A DNA stretch of 64,000 nt from Octopus sinensis (GCF_006345805.1 NC_043020.1:8680001-8744000), one strand, 5' to 3'; counted from the stretch's first letter, positions 48,708 to 62,449 are shown. The notes: generated by a model from the letters alone, not told the origin. Numbers and translations are program-made.

Positions 48708-49236
48708 AGTGTGGCTGATGCATGTACTGCCTGACTAGCACCCATGCCGGTGGCATGTAAAAAGCACCATTCGAGCATGGCCAATGCCAGTGCCATCTGA
48801 CTGGCTCTCATGCTGGTGGCACATAAAAAGCATTATTCGAGCATGGCTGATGCCAGTGCCACCTGACTGGCTCCCGTGCCGGTGGCACATAAAAGGCATC
48901 CACTACACTCTCGGAGTGGTTTGTGCTAGGAAGGGCATCCAGCTGTAGAAACCTTACCAAATCAGACACTAGAAGCTGGTGCAGCTTCCCAGTTCTCACT
49001 CAAACTGTCCAATCCATGCCAGCATGGAAAGTGGACATTAAACAATAACGTTGATGATGATTAATGACACAAACACATACCATTACAGGCATACCTTGGC
49101 TTATATCAGTATTGACCCATGGTCTTGGGACACACATTCTTTGTGCACACACTCCCACCTTCCAGATCAAACTGCAGTCTTATTGGTGGTTGTTATTTCT
49201 AGCATAAAATACAAACAAGAGAACTTTGAACCCTAC

Positions 49237-49349
49237 CTGGTTAAGCATGCAGTCCCAGACATCATTTCCTTGGGTATAAACATGGACACGACCCAATAAA
49301 GAACACTCATCGTCTACTGGCGCCATTCCTCTGACTACCACTGTCTTGA
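49237..49349 (-). CDS. PARP2: PARP2-like exon (start of WGR domain)
   Basis: ttccag|TC...CAG|gtaggg; IKTVVVRGMAPVDDECSLLGRVHVYTQGNDVWDCMLNQ, close to PARP2 GKAPVD...HVY...MLNQ. Confidence 0.93.
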
Positions 49350-50379
49350 CTGGAATATAAATTAACCATTTATTATGAGCCATCTCAAAAATCGTTTGAA
49401 CTCAGAATGTAAAGATTGTGCAACATATCACATTTTTCCAATGCTTTAATGATTCTGTCAATCCACCACATGGTATCTAAACATTTTAATTTAAGCAAGA
49501 ATCCTTTGAATGAGAATGGAGAAAAAAAAAAGTGTCTCAAAGAATGCATACAGTTCTTGAGAAGGCCAATGCTTGATATAAATCTTGCACTGTTTTGGTT
49601 GCAGAATCTTTCAATATCATTTTATATCACTAGAATCTATTTAGATGAACACATGGAAACTGGAAAAACAAAAACAAGAAAAGCCCCAAATCCTTCCATT
49701 TAACTTTGTGTATAGACAAAGTAAAGGGAAAATAGGTCACATCTTTTAATGTACAGATTGATAAGCTTCTTTTTCACTGGTTGAAGTAAAGGATTTCTCA
49801 AAGTGCACTGATTTGACCAGTGTTAACGACAACTCTGGTTTGGTTCCAGTTCAATAAGTGATATGTTACAGAATATTCTAAAGTGAAAAATATGTTTAAA
49901 AACTGGGTCAAGGTTGGGCAGTCCATGGGTCTTATATTTAACATCCCTGCTGTACATGGTAGTTCAACAGTCTAGAAATAGCAGCCACTTTTCCTTCAAA
50001 TCAGGTCCTACAATTCAGTCTTCTAGATCCTTAAAAGGCAAGATGGTCATAGTTGGAATGTCTTCCATCATAGGTCTCAGAGTTCAGGTTTATGTAACAA
50101 CACCAGACACACATCATGAAAAAGGGTTAGCTGGATCAGGGTTGGTCTGGACTACACACAATCCTTCCCACCCCTCAGGTTGTGTTAATGGAACAAGCCA
50201 CAAGTACTTGGTATTTAGAAAGGATATGAAGTTGAGGGGAGAAGAGTTAACCCTCTCGCATTTCAAGCTGCCATATCCAGACACAATATTCTACCTGTTG
50301 TAAGTTCAAACTGGTCGGATCTGGACTTTCTCACCAACCCTACAATGCCATTCTGAAAATAACCAATCATAGCGTTTAA

Positions 50380-50593
50380 CCCTTTTGTTACTGTATCTAT
50401 TTTGAGATGCTCTGTGTTTCTTTCAATTACTTTAAATATGATAAAGAATTTAGTAAAATAACTTAGTTATCATTCAGCTAGAGTTAGGAACATAAATTGT
50501 GACTAAGGTTTGGTGGAAGATTTTTATTCAAAACTTATGAAAACAAGACATTTGTACTCAGAGCCAGTTTCAGCCGGGTTGGTAATGAAAGGG
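50380..50593. mobile_element. piggyBac-type MITE family 2 nested in a family 1 copy
   Basis: TTAA|CCCTTTTGTTAC...GTAATGAAAGGG|TTAA; close to the reverse complement of 46023-46233. Confidence 0.82.
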
Positions 50594-50993
50594 TTAAACT
50601 CTCAAAGCTACAAGATAATTCATGATTAATTCAAGACATGTAAATACAGAAATAACTGACTCTCCATTGGTTATGACGACGAGTGTCCCAGTTGATCCAA
50701 TCAACGGAACAGCCTTCTTGTGAAATTAATGTAGTTCACAGGATGATTCAGAATATGAAATGGTTGGCCCCTTTGTAATTACAGGTACAACTCATTTTTC
50801 ACAGCTGAGTGGACTGCAGCAACATGAAATAAAGTGTCTTGCTCAAGGACACAACACGCTGCCAGGAATTGAACTCACGATCTTATGCTCCTGAGCCGAA
50901 TACCCTAACCACTAAGCCACGTGCTTCCACTTGAATAAAGAAGCAACGACAAAGGTAATCTGGAGCCAAAGAGTTTAAAGGGAGACTACTCAC

Positions 50994-51224
50994 TTTTCTT
51001 CTTGTCTTCATTGCTGTGACCATTCTCTTCAGGACATTCCTTCTTCACTTTGTCAGCAGACTGAGCGCATGGCTTACCACTTTTCTTCCGATTCGTCGTC
51101 GTCGCCTGCGACTGTGTTGCATTCGTCTTACGACCATTCCGATTGCTGGTGGTGCTGCTACTACTAGTACTGCTATTACAAGAGGTGTCTACTGTGTCGT
51201 CTGAAGTTGACGATGAATCTCCAC
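50994..51224 (-). CDS. PARP2: PARP2-like exon (Ser/Thr-rich, basic linker)
   Basis: ccacag|GT...AAAA|gtgagt; GDSSSTSDDTVDTSCNSSTSSSSTTSNRNGRKTN...NRKKSGKP...EDKKK; phase 1 to 1. Confidence 0.8.
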
Positions 51225-52261
51225 CTGTGGAATGAAAGAGACAAATGTTATTCTTTCACTGGTTTCAATTAGCAAGCTGGGACCATGCCAGGGACCTCCA
51301 GCATGTGTGTGTGATACAGAAAGAGTTATTAATAAGGGATTATCAATTTGGACAAAACACTTCTTAAGCTCCTAATACAAATACACTAGGCTAACAAAAA
51401 GGTTTCAAATTAGTATAGAACTCCAGATAATTCTAAGGCAAAATCCAATTTTGAAGTCCATCCTTAGTAAACTTGATAAATCCACTCCCCAGTTAATATG
51501 GTATATTTTCATAGAGTGGCACACAAGAAAATGCATAAATAAAAGGCTTTACATATTCATTTATTTGTGCATATACACATATATACACACACTATATTTG
51601 CTGGCATATAAGATGTACCACCTACTTTACAAGTATATTTTGTGGAGAAAAAATTTAATAAGTTTCATCATACACTTGGTATGGCATCAGGAATACAAGA
51701 ATAAAAACTGCATTTTATACACTGGCATATATGGTATATGTATCAACTGACCAAGGTTGGTAAATAACAATTTTCTTCTGAAGAGCTGGTGTTCAACATG
51801 ATTAAGCAATGTTTACATAATGACTGCTACACAACATAGTAACATTTGCAAGTGAAACACATGTAAAGATTATATAACTTATATAATAATAACAAAATGA
51901 CAAAACTAAATTACCAGTTTTATTCTGCTGTCAGATATATATCTTTTATCTTTTTTCTAGGATACAGAAAGCATGGCAGACTATTTTCTCAGATGAACGA
52001 TGCACACACACACGCACACAAAAACACATTCAGTTCTGACATATCACCTCCACGGATGTTCCCTGTTTCTATTACTAGCAACTCGTAGCAGTTGTCAACA
52101 ATTACATGTAGTGAAGAATATTGTATACCAATGGCAAATGCAAGTATAGTATATAAATTATTTTAATTATGAATCGATGTCATTTATTTGTATACTCCAA
52201 AGGCATCCACAAGCCAGTCGCATTTGCTCACCTTAACACATACTGATACACACCTAACCCA

Positions 52262-52491
52262 TTCCTTTACTACCCACAAGGGGCTAAACACAGAGAGGAC
52301 AAACAAGGACAGACAAACGGATCAAGTCGATTATATCGACCCCAGTGCGTAACTGGTACTTATTTAATCGAGCTCGAAAGGATGAAAGGCAAAGTCGACC
52401 TCGGCGGAATTTGAACTCAGAACGTAAAGACGGACGAAATACTGTTACGCATTTCACCCGGTGTGCTAACGGTTCTGCGAGCTCGCCGCCT
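52262..52491 (-). mobile_element. SINE family B
   Basis: Full copy. Confidence 0.8.
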
Positions 52492-53401
52492 TATATCACA
52501 CCTAACCACTACAGGTTCATTAGTCCTGGGTGAGGCCAGGTTAAAGGACACTTTGCAACTCAATGCTTTCTATACTCATTTGTTAAACACTTTACGGTGT
52601 ATGCTGGGTGCACCCCACACTAGCGAGGTTGTCTTGCTCACCAGTCACTGGTGATTAATCATTTGAGGTGCTTGCTTAAGGACTTTTCAATCCTGTCATT
52701 GCTTTTTCCTGAGTCCTGGAAGATCTGAGTTTTATTTCATCTTTTATTTTCTTTGTTTTTGATTCATTTTCTAGTGAGGGGAGACGGGACTTGAACTCGG
52801 AGCATGCAAATCTGAAAGAGTCCATGGGGCATCTCAACTAATGCAAAACAGTGGTTGGCTTTAGGAAAAGTATCTAGCTATAGAGACCCTGTCAAAGCAG
52901 ACACTGGAGTTCGATGAAATTTTTGGACCATCAGACCCTGTTAAATCTTGGAGTGTATTTACGGACCCCAGAAAAATAAAAGGATAAAGTCAACCATGGC
53001 TAGATTTGAACCAGGAATGCAAGAAACTGAAATAACCCAAGGCACTCTACCCAATGAAAAGAAAAAAAAAGGTGGGGTTAGTTACAGCTGGAATACCCTT
53101 GACCATAAGTCTGCTAGGTCAGGGTTAGGGTTATAAAAGTTTTTAATTATTTCCTTGTCCTGCGTATCACATCTGATGACCCACCAGACATATTTCCCTG
53201 GTATCCATGCATGATACATGATACACACCGCCAATTTCTTTCAACCCCCCCAGAATATTTTGGGACTTCTGAAAAGAAAGTTTTATAAAATGTTCAGAAC
53301 ATGAAACAAGGAATAACTAAAAGTCTGATGAAACAAACATGGATGTTTAGGACAAAATTTGTCAAAATACTTTGGGCAGGCAAATGGTTAAGTGGACATA
53401 C

Positions 53402-53608
53402 TTTTAATTCTTTGCACTGACGAGATGACATTGTCCACTTCGTTTGACTGCTTCAGCGTCTGAAGGTCAATTAGGAATGATTGATTACTTGTTACAATGT
53501 CTACTGTTGGCACCGACTTCCTGAAAGCCTTCTCCAATGCCAGACTGGATGGTATACAGTACGTTTGCCATGTTCCATTTTTAGCCTGCCACTGCCACGA
53601 GTAGTATT
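53402..53608 (-). CDS. PARP2: PARP2-like exon (WWE domain 2)
   Basis: tttcaag|AA...AAAA|gtatgt; EYYSWQWQAKNGTWQTYCIPSSLALEKAFRKSVPTVDIVTSNQSFLIDLQTLKQSNEVDNVISSVQRIK, a W-W-E pattern. Confidence 0.82.
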
Positions 53609-53728
53609 CTTGAAAGTAAAGAAACAAAATATAAGAACATGTAAATAACAGAAATAAGAAAAAAATACAGGAGCCAAAATACCATTTAGTGCCATCTTGC
53701 TTGAGACTAACTTTGGTTTTATAATAAA

Positions 53729-54124
53729 CTAGCAGTATCGCCTGGCGTTGCTCGGGTTTGTAAGGGAAATAACTATATAAGCATTTTTAGAGAGTTATAG
53801 CCAAAAAATAGCAAAATAAAATGCATTAAAAATGGAAAAAAAATGGTAAATTTTTTTTTAAATCGTTGACTCATCGTAGACATTTTTAGAGAGTTACTTC
53901 CCTTATATAATAGCGAAAAAATGCATTAAAATGGAAAAAAATGATGGTAAATTTTTTTTTAATCGTAGACTCATCGTAGACGTGCGCTAATGCCCAGGAG
54001 GGCTCGATATGAATCACGACTATAAGATACCCGCTTTTGGTTACACTGCACCGCAAAATGTGGGAGTAGTTAGGAATCTAAATCGTAGGAGACAGACACA
54101 CAACTTCACTTTTATATATAAAGA
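53729..54124 (-). mobile_element. Non-autonomous Helitron
   Basis: Same family; A|TC...CTAG|T ends intact. Confidence 0.82.
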
Positions 54125-54533
54125 TTAAATCTTTCCACCAAAATATCATGTTAATTTTATGTTCTAAATTCCAGCTTAATAACGACAAAGTTATTTTACT
54201 AATTTCTTTATTATTTTCAAAATTAAGCAAAACAAAGAAATTTCAATAGAAATTTGGTAACAAAAAGAATTAAAGGGATCTAAATTAAACTTCCTTCAAG
54301 ACTTCATGTTAATTTATGTTACAAGCACCAGCACTTCCTAAATTCTTCAAAATTACAACAGAGGCAATGTATTTCAACAGAAACATGTTAAAAAAAAAGA
54401 GTTAAATTGATGTAAATGAAAAGCTTCCATCAAAATTCCATGTTAATTTATATTCCAAACACCATCTTAATAATAACAAAGTTATTTTACTAAATTCTTC
54501 ATTATTTTCAAAATTAATTTAAATGAAGGCGCG

Positions 54534-54876
54534 TAGCTGTTGCCAGCGCCGCCCCGACTGGCCTCCGTGCCAGTGGCACGTAAAAGCACCATCCGTTTGT
54601 GTCCGTTGCCAGCCTCGCCTGGCCCCGTGCCGGTAGCACGTAAAAAGCACCATCCGATCGTGGCCGTTTGCCAGCTCCATCTGGCACCTGTGCGGGTGTC
54701 ACGTAAAAAGCACCCACTACACTCGCAGAGTGGTTGGCGTTAGGAAGGGCATCCAGCTGTAGAAACACTGCCAGATCAGACTGGAGCCTGGTGCAGCCCC
54801 TGGCTTCCCAGACCCTGGTCGAACCGTCTAACCCATGCTAGCGCGGAAAACGGACGTTAAACGATGATGATGATGA
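54534..54876 (+). mobile_element. Repeat family D
   Basis: Sequence identity, (GAT)n tail. Confidence 0.78.
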
Positions 54877-55648
54877 AGTCTGTATTTCAACAGAAATATG
54901 ATGTCAAAAGGATTAAGATGTTTGTGTCTGTGTAACTACAACACGAGACCAGATACATGTGCAGTGCTGTAGATCAGTTTTGAAGAATATCAGCAACTAA
55001 TCAGATCTTTGATTCTTCAAGAAAAAGTCTGGTTTTTGGAGAACAAGTTTGATAATGATATATATGCGTGAGGTTTATATCAATACAAAGTTGCTATGAA
55101 AGATTATCAGGGACATATCTGTAACCCCACCTGACACATAGGATGGTGCTTGATTAGTGTCTATATAAATGGAGTTTCCGTGTGTGAGTGAGGATAGGAG
55201 TAGAGTATACCTGTATGTTTAATGTACATGCGATGTGAGTGTATCTTTATTTTTTACTTGCTTCAGTCATCAGCCTGTAGCCATACTGGAGCATTGCCTT
55301 GACAGATTTAGGGAAACTAATTGACCCTGGTGCTTTTTCTATCAGTCTCTTTTGCTGAACTGCTAAGTTACAATGGTTGTCAAGCTATGGTGGTGAATAA
55401 ACACAAACATAGAGAGATACAAGGGGCTTCTTTCAGTTTCTGCTTACTAAATCCACTCACAAGGCTTTGGTCAGCCTAAGGCTACAGTAAAAGACACTTG
55501 CCAACAGTGCCACACAGAGGGACTGAACCTGGAACCAAATGTTTTGCCAAATAGTCATGCTAAGAGGTACACACACACACACAAAATAGGATAAGAGAGT
55601 CAAGAATATACAAAACGTATTGGTTTGAGGTTAAGGTTATAAACTGAC

Positions 55649-55775
55649 CTTTATTTTTGTCATCCTGGAAACAACAGCGAATCCGTCCCTCACGGACTGG
55701 TTTGTTTGCCGTCTTCTGAGTGAGGTGGTCTAACGATATCAGCAGCTTTCGTCCTGAGTTATCTGTGATTTCAAC
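55649..55775 (-). CDS. PARP2: PARP2-like exon (second half of WWE-like domain 1)
   Basis: cacag|GTT...AAAG|gtcagt; VEITDNSGRKLLISLDHLTQKTANKPVREGRIRCCFQDDKNK; phase 0 to 1; not in the ORF track. Confidence 0.75.
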
Positions 55776-56536
55776 CTGTGGATGATTATAATGAAGACAG
55801 TAGTTCTACAGATATAAAAAGATAAGCACAGGTGTGGCTAAGAAGACTGGTTTCCAACCATATGGTTTCAGGTTCAGTCCCTCCGTGCAACACCTTAGAC
55901 AATTTTTTTTTTACTACAACTCCCAGGCTGGATAAAGCCTTGTGAGTAGTTTGATAGGTAGAAATTAAAAGGAGTCAACCATGTGTTTGTGTGTGTGTCC
56001 GTCCGTCCGTCCGTCCTTGTCTTGACATTGTGTGATGCTTGTAAACATGTTTGGTCATGAGGAAATATTACTTTGCTTGGAAACAGGTGAGGATTGGTGA
56101 CAAGAAGGGCATCAGGTTGGGGAGAACCTGCATCTGTGAATCCCATCCAACCCATGCAGGCATGGAAAAGTGGATGTTAAAATAATAACGACGATATATA
56201 ATTAAATATTTAATGTATGCGTGTAAATAAGTTGTTTACTCTCTATCCAACTTCTGATAATGGTGTGCTTGTGTTTGTGTGTGTGTTAGTGTCTCTTTGT
56301 CTTGATATTTTGTGATAGTTGTAAATGAGTGTCACTGTCATACAAGCAGTGTCGTTCATTTCTAGTATTTTGTGGAAACATGTTTGGTCAAGAGGAAATA
56401 TTACTTTGCTTAGAAACAGATAAGGGTTGGCAACGGGAAGGGCATCCAGCCGTAGAAAATCTATCTCAATAAACATCGTCTGACCCAAGCAAGCATGGAA
56501 AAATGGACATTAAAAGGATGAGATGGATGGATGGAT

Positions 56537-56921
56537 GGAAGCACTCCGTCGGTTACGACGACGAGAGTTCCGGTTGATCCGATCAACAGAACAGCCTGCT
56601 CGTGAAATTAACGTGTAAGTGGCTGAGCACTCCACAGACACGTGTACCCTTAACGTAGTTCTCGGGGATATTCAGCGTGACACAGAGAGTGACAAGGCCG
56701 GCCCTTTGAAATACAGGTACAACAGAAACAGGAAGTAAGAGTGAGAGAAAGTTGTGGTGAAAGAGTACAGCAGGGATCACCACCATCCCCTGCCGGAGCC
56801 TCGTGGAACTTTTTAGGTGTTTTCGCTCAATAAACACTCACAACGCCCGGTCTGGGAATCGAAACGGCGATCCTACGACCGCGAGTCCGCTGCCCTAACC
56901 ACTGGGCCATTGCGCCTCCAC
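56537..56921 (-). mobile_element. SINE family C
   Basis: Near-identical to the other two copies. Confidence 0.85.
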
Positions 56922-57057
56922 TGAAATGGATGGATAATTAGATAAATAGAGAGAAGTAGACAGACAGACAGACAGATAGATAGATAGAACACTTGATGAA
57001 AGACTTGCTGAGAGTCAACATGGAAGTACCAAAAACGTAAAAAGCAAACAAGCTTAC

Positions 57058-57245
57058 TTCAGTGTCGCCACCATTGTAGCGGTCAGTCAACTGTTCAGAA
57101 ATACTGTCGGAATGAGGCAACCATTTGCCAGAATCTTCATAATCCCACCTTACTATGAATCCATCAATCTCAGGTAACATATCCACAGGAATGAATGTTG
57201 TTTTGGCTCGTTTAATTGAAGTTCCATTGCTGTTACTGGAATTTG
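57058..57245 (-). CDS. PARP2: WWE-WWE-WGR PARP2-like poly(ADP-ribose) polymerase, most 5' exon found (first half of WWE-like domain 1)
   Basis: tatccag|CA...GAA|gtaag; NSSNSNGTSIKRAKTTFIPVDMLPEIDGFIVRWDYEDSGKWLPHSDSISEQLTDRYNGGDTE; needs an upstream phase-1 exon that I did not find. Confidence 0.75.
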
Positions 57246-57314
57246 CTGGATAAAAGAAATGAAAAAAAGAAACAACATTTTTAATCAAAGACATTTTTTA
57301 AAAATAATGGATTC

Positions 57315-57672
57315 AAGTAGCTTGCTTACCAACCACATGGTTCCAGGTTCAGTCCCACTGCGTGGCACATTGGGCAAGTGTCTTCTGCTATAGCCCCGGG
57401 CCGACCAATGCCTTGTGAGTGGATTTGGTAGACGGAAACTGAAAGAAGCCTGTCGTATATATGTATATATATATATATATGTATGTGTATATGTTTGTGT
57501 GTCTGTCTTTGCCCCCCTAGCATTGCTTGACAACCGATGCTGGTGTGTTTACGTCCCCGTCACTTAGCGGTTCGGCAAAAGAGACCGATAGAATAAGTAC
57601 TGGTCGATTTGCTCGACTAAAGGCGGTGTTTCAGCATGGCCGCAGTCAAATGACTGAAACAAGTAAAAGAGT
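57315..57672 (+). mobile_element. SINE family A (5'-truncated, internal deletion)
   Basis: Sequence identity to the family. Confidence 0.8.
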
Positions 57673-57788
57673 AATAGTTTGTTGGGTTTTTTAAAAACCT
57701 TTTTCTATTGATTTCAGTCGTCCAACTGCAGCATAGTTTATGTTGTTATACCAAATATTACATTAATTAGTCCTGTGTTCATATTTAA

Positions 57789-58008
57789 CCCTTTAGCATT
57801 TAAACCGGCCATATCCGGCCAAAAGTATTCTGCCTGTTTTATGTTCAAACTGGCCAGATCTGGTCTCTCACACCAACCCTACAATATCATTTTAAAAATT
57901 AACAGCTACCTCATCAAAATCTCATAGCTACAAGATAATCATGATTAGTTCAAAACAATGTGGATAAAGAAGGATTAATTTTGGCAGAATAATGCGAACA
58001 CTAAAGGG
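57789..58008. mobile_element. piggyBac-type MITE family 1
   Basis: TTAA|CCCTTTAG...CTAAAGGG|TTAA. Confidence 0.85.
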
Positions 58009-58403
58009 TTAAGTTAAGTTAATTTTTTGGCTCAAAAAGCAAAAAGCAAGGCCATGTAGGGGGACATGGAGTTTATGAACAGGGAGGGTGTTCATGCAAA
58101 GAGTTCAGGCCATTTCTGGTCAAGAGAGACTTTGAACCGAGCGGTTGTCGGCATCTTGGTTCAGTTCTTATATTGAGTTATGTCCCTTTAATGACACAAA
58201 CATTGATTTTTCTGAGTAGTGTGATACTCAAATCTCAAGACAAATTGAGTTAATACAAGACAGGAATGATCAAAAGCGTTCCAAATGTGACCATCTAGTA
58301 TTTTTTTAAGAAACCAGAACTGTTTTTCTTTTTCAAATAAGTATAAACAAAAGCATTCCAACGTTGACCACCTCTATTGAGAAGACATGATCACCAGTAA
58401 TAT

Positions 58404-58817
58404 ACTCTTTACTCTTTTACTTGTTTCAGTCATTTGACTGCGGCCATGCTGGAGCACCGCCTTTAGTCGAGCAACTCGACCCCGGGACTTATTCTTTGTA
58501 AGCCCAGTACTTATTCTATCGGTCTCTTTTGCCGAACCGCTAAGTGACGGGGACGTACACACACACCAGCATCGGTTGTCAAGCAATGCTAGGGGGACAA
58601 ATATAGACACACAAACATATACACACACACACTTATATATATATACATATATACGACAGGCTACTTTCAGTTTCCGTCTACCAAATCCACTCACAAGGCA
58701 TCGGTCGGCCCGGGGCTATAACAGAAGACACTTGCCCAAGATGCCACGCAGTGGGACTGAACCCGGAACCATGTGGTTGGTTAGCAAGCTACTTACCACA
58801 CAGCCACTCCTGCGCCT
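58404..58817 (-). mobile_element. SINE family A
   Basis: Full-length copy. Confidence 0.85.
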
Positions 58818-59054
58818 ATGTTCAGTCTCAGATCAGTCTTGAAGAAGAAAAGGTAGAGTTGGTAGTGGGGTTACAAAGAACATTTCTTTGTTCTGTGTTC
58901 AATTCCATTAAATATCCAAAGAATGGATTTTTGGTGGAGTGGAACCAAATACAAAGAAATCATTCCTCATACCTATTCTTGACCAAAATCACCGACAGAG
59001 AACATTATGGCAGGTACTTCATTCCAAGAATGTCAGAGGGATGGACAACAGTCT

Positions 59055-59255
59055 GCCCCGGGCGAAATGCGTAGTCGTATTTCGCCTGCCGTTACGTTCT
59101 GAGTTCAAATTCCGCCGAGGTCGACTTTGCCTTTCATCCTTTCGGGGTCGATAAATTAAGTACCAGTTACGCACTGGGGTCGATGGAATCAACTTAATCT
59201 GTTTGTCATTGTTTGTCCCCTCTGTGTTTAGCCCCTTGTGGGTAGTAAAGAAATA
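59055..59255 (+). mobile_element. SINE family B (5'-truncated)
   Basis: Sequence identity to the family. Confidence 0.8.
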
Positions 59256-61533
59256 CATATAAACTAGCTTGGAGGTGATGGTAAATATATTGATGGCATT
59301 GAGATATCACCCTCATCATTTAACATCAATTTTCCATGCAGGTATGGGTTGGACGGTTTAACAAGGTCCAATGAGCCACAGAGGTGCATCAGGCTCTGAT
59401 GTCCGCCTTGGCATGATTTCTACACTTGGATGCACTTCCTAATGCTGACCACTCTACAGAATGTACTGGGTACTTTTTTTTTCTTTTTGTGATACCGGAA
59501 CCAGTGTGGTCACCAAAGAATTTGTGGGGCAAAATAAAGAAAAGGAAAAGTTCGCTTTGATTGAGTGGAAAGTGTATTTGAAGGAAGGTGGGAGTGGGGG
59601 GGGGAGGTATGTAAAAGACATTTTAGAGAACCTGATGATGAAAGTATTTATATCCAATCTACAGAATCTCTCAGAAACAGAGCTAAAAAGATTCCTCAGA
59701 ATCCAAGTGAGAATCAACCAACTACTTCAACTCTGGAAACATTTACACGAAAATAGAATGAAGTAGCAAGAATTTCCAAGTGTTCTTAAGCAGGGTAACA
59801 GAATTGTGTATTGGGATTCTTCATCATCAGGTACCAACTATTCTTGGCATTTTGAATATTGTGGATCACCACATATAAGAAGCATTGGTGCTGGTACCAC
59901 ATAAAAAAGGACCGGTGCTGGTACAACATAAAAAAGGAACAGTGCTGGTGCCACATTAAAAGGACCGGTGCTGTGCCATGTAAAAATTGTTGGTACAGGT
60001 GTCATGTAAAGCATGCTGGTGCCACATAAAAGCACTGGTGCCATGTACAAAGCACTAGTACCACATAAAAAGTGCTGGTGCTATAAAAAAAAACACCCAG
60101 TACACTGTTTAAAGTGGGTGGTGTTAGGAAGGGCATCCAGCCATAGAAACCATGCCAAATCAGAAAACTGATGTGGCCCCTGGCCATGCCGGCTCCTGTC
60201 AAGCCGTCCAACCCATGCCAGCATGGAAAATGGATATTAAATGATGATTACGATGACTCTTGGTCTTACTCAGGCTGTCCTTATCCACTCACCCTCATCA
60301 TACTTTTGACTTCTACTTTTCTATGTTTGCATGGCTCAGACGAGAGTTTTTCTAGGGCCAGATAACCCTTTCGATCTTCAATCTCCAATTGTTTCCAAGC
60401 AAGTTAATCCTCTCTCAATTTATTGAACAACAAACAGCTCAGATAAGTTTACACAGAGAACAGGAAGCAAACAACACGAGACGAACAGGTTTTTTTTGTT
60501 TACAGAAGTTGCACAACATGTCAAGACATGTCAAATACGCTTGCACAGTCGAGAGACTAACAAAGCCATTGTTTCCATCCATGACACAATGAAATACAAG
60601 CTCTCACTCACGATCTTTCATTCTTTTGCCTGTTTCAGTCATTTGACTATGGCCATGCTGGAGCATTGCCATTGAAGGGTTTTAGCCAAACTTTTTAAAA
60701 ACCTGGTACTTTGCCTGGACTACTAAGTTACGGGTACGAAAACAAACCAACACTGGTTGTCAGGTGATGGTGGAGGGCTAACACAAAGACCCTTATCTCT
60801 CTCCCTCTATTATTCTTTTAGCTTCTCATCAACTGGCTCAAAGCCCCCTCCCTCAATACTACCCCCCACTCCACCTCCGCTCAAGGGGAATTTCTTTTTC
60901 TTATCTTACAAATTACTTGGTGACTCCTACTGGTGTTGGTACCACAAGAAAAGCACCCAACACAGTAAAGTAGTTGGTGTTAGAAAGGGGTTTCTAACCA
61001 TAGAAATCATGACAAAACAGACAATAGGGCTTGACACAGCCCTCTGGCTTGCCAGCTTTTGTGAAACTCATCCAACCCATGCCAGCATAGAATATGGACA
61101 TTAAATAATTATGGTGATGACTGTGGTAAGAAGCTTGCTTTCCAACCACATGGTTCCAGGTTCACTTCTGCTGGGTGGCACCTCAGGCAAGTGTCTTCTG
61201 CTATAGCCTCAGGCTGACCAAAGCCTTATGTATGGATTTGGTAGGCGGAAACTGAAAGAAGCCCATTATGTGTGTGTGTACCTACATATTATATATATAT
61301 ATAATATATATATATATAATGTATTTATGTGTGTGTGTTTGTGTAGCCCCGCCCGCCATCACTTGATAACCGATGCTGGTGTGGTTATGTCACCATAACT
61401 TAGTAGTTCAGCAGAAAAGACCAATAGAATAAGCACCAGGATTACAAAGAATAAGTCTAAGAGTCAACAACTTCAACTAAAAGGAGGTGCTCCAGTATGA
61501 CCACAGTCAAATGACTGAAACAAGTAAAAGCCT

Positions 61534-61564
<31 letters not shown>

Positions 61565-62051
61565 CTGCATGTGTGTGTGTGTGCGTTTGTCCACCACTGC
61601 TTGACAACCGGTGTTGGTGTGTTTACGTCCCTGTAACTTAGTGGTTCCACAAGAGAGACTGATAGAATGACAGGCTTAAAAAAATAAGTAGTGGAATTGA
61701 TTCATTCGATTAAAAATTCTTCAGGGGCAGTGTTCCAGCATGGCCACAGTCAAATGACTGAAACAAGACACACACACACACATTATAGGGGCTGAAGAGG
61801 CTACGGAAATAGCTGAAACTGAACCTTAAGTCTAAGGAATTCCCGAGTCGGTGTTTTTGGGTGAATGCAGTCCCTATGAGCACATGTGTATACATTTATG
61901 TGCTTTTCCTACAGCATTAGAACATTTTAGCTCTTATTTCTAGCAATGTGGGTGATTTGATGCTTTTAGTGGCAGTTATAGTTTCCCTTTACGATAACAC
62001 ATTGAGCGTGGCTGTTTATATTAATTTATATATATATATATATATATATAT

Positions 62052-62449
62052 AGGCGCAGGAGTGGCTGTGTGGTAAGTAGCTTGCTAACCAACCACATGG
62101 TTCCGGGTTCAGTCCCACTGCGTTGCATCTTGGACAAGTGTCTTCTGCTATAGCCCCGGGCCGACCAATGCCTTGTGAGTGGATTTGGTAGACGGAAACT
62201 GAAAGCCTGTCGTATATATGTATATATATATATGTATGTGTGTGTTTGTGTGTCTGTGTTTGTGCCCCCAACATCGCTTGACAACTGATGCTGGTGTGTT
62301 TAAGTCCCCGTCACTTAGCGGTTCGGCAAAAGAGACCGATAGAATAAGTACTGGGCTTACAAAAAGAATAAGTCCCGGGGTCGATTTGCTCAACCAAAGG
62401 CGGTGCTCCAGCATGGCCGCAGTCAAATGACTGAAACAAGTAAAAGAGT
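62052..62449 (+). mobile_element. SINE family A
   Basis: Full-length copy in (TA)n. Confidence 0.85.

Noticed and set aside
59630-59833. Inverted ACCTGATGATGAA pair as hammerheads
   Set aside because: No convincing stem II, GAAA and NUH arrangement on either strand.
60285-60302. Candidate PARP start exon ATGATGAGG|GTGAGT (minus)
   Set aside because: Phase 0, but the next exon needs phase 1; no other support.
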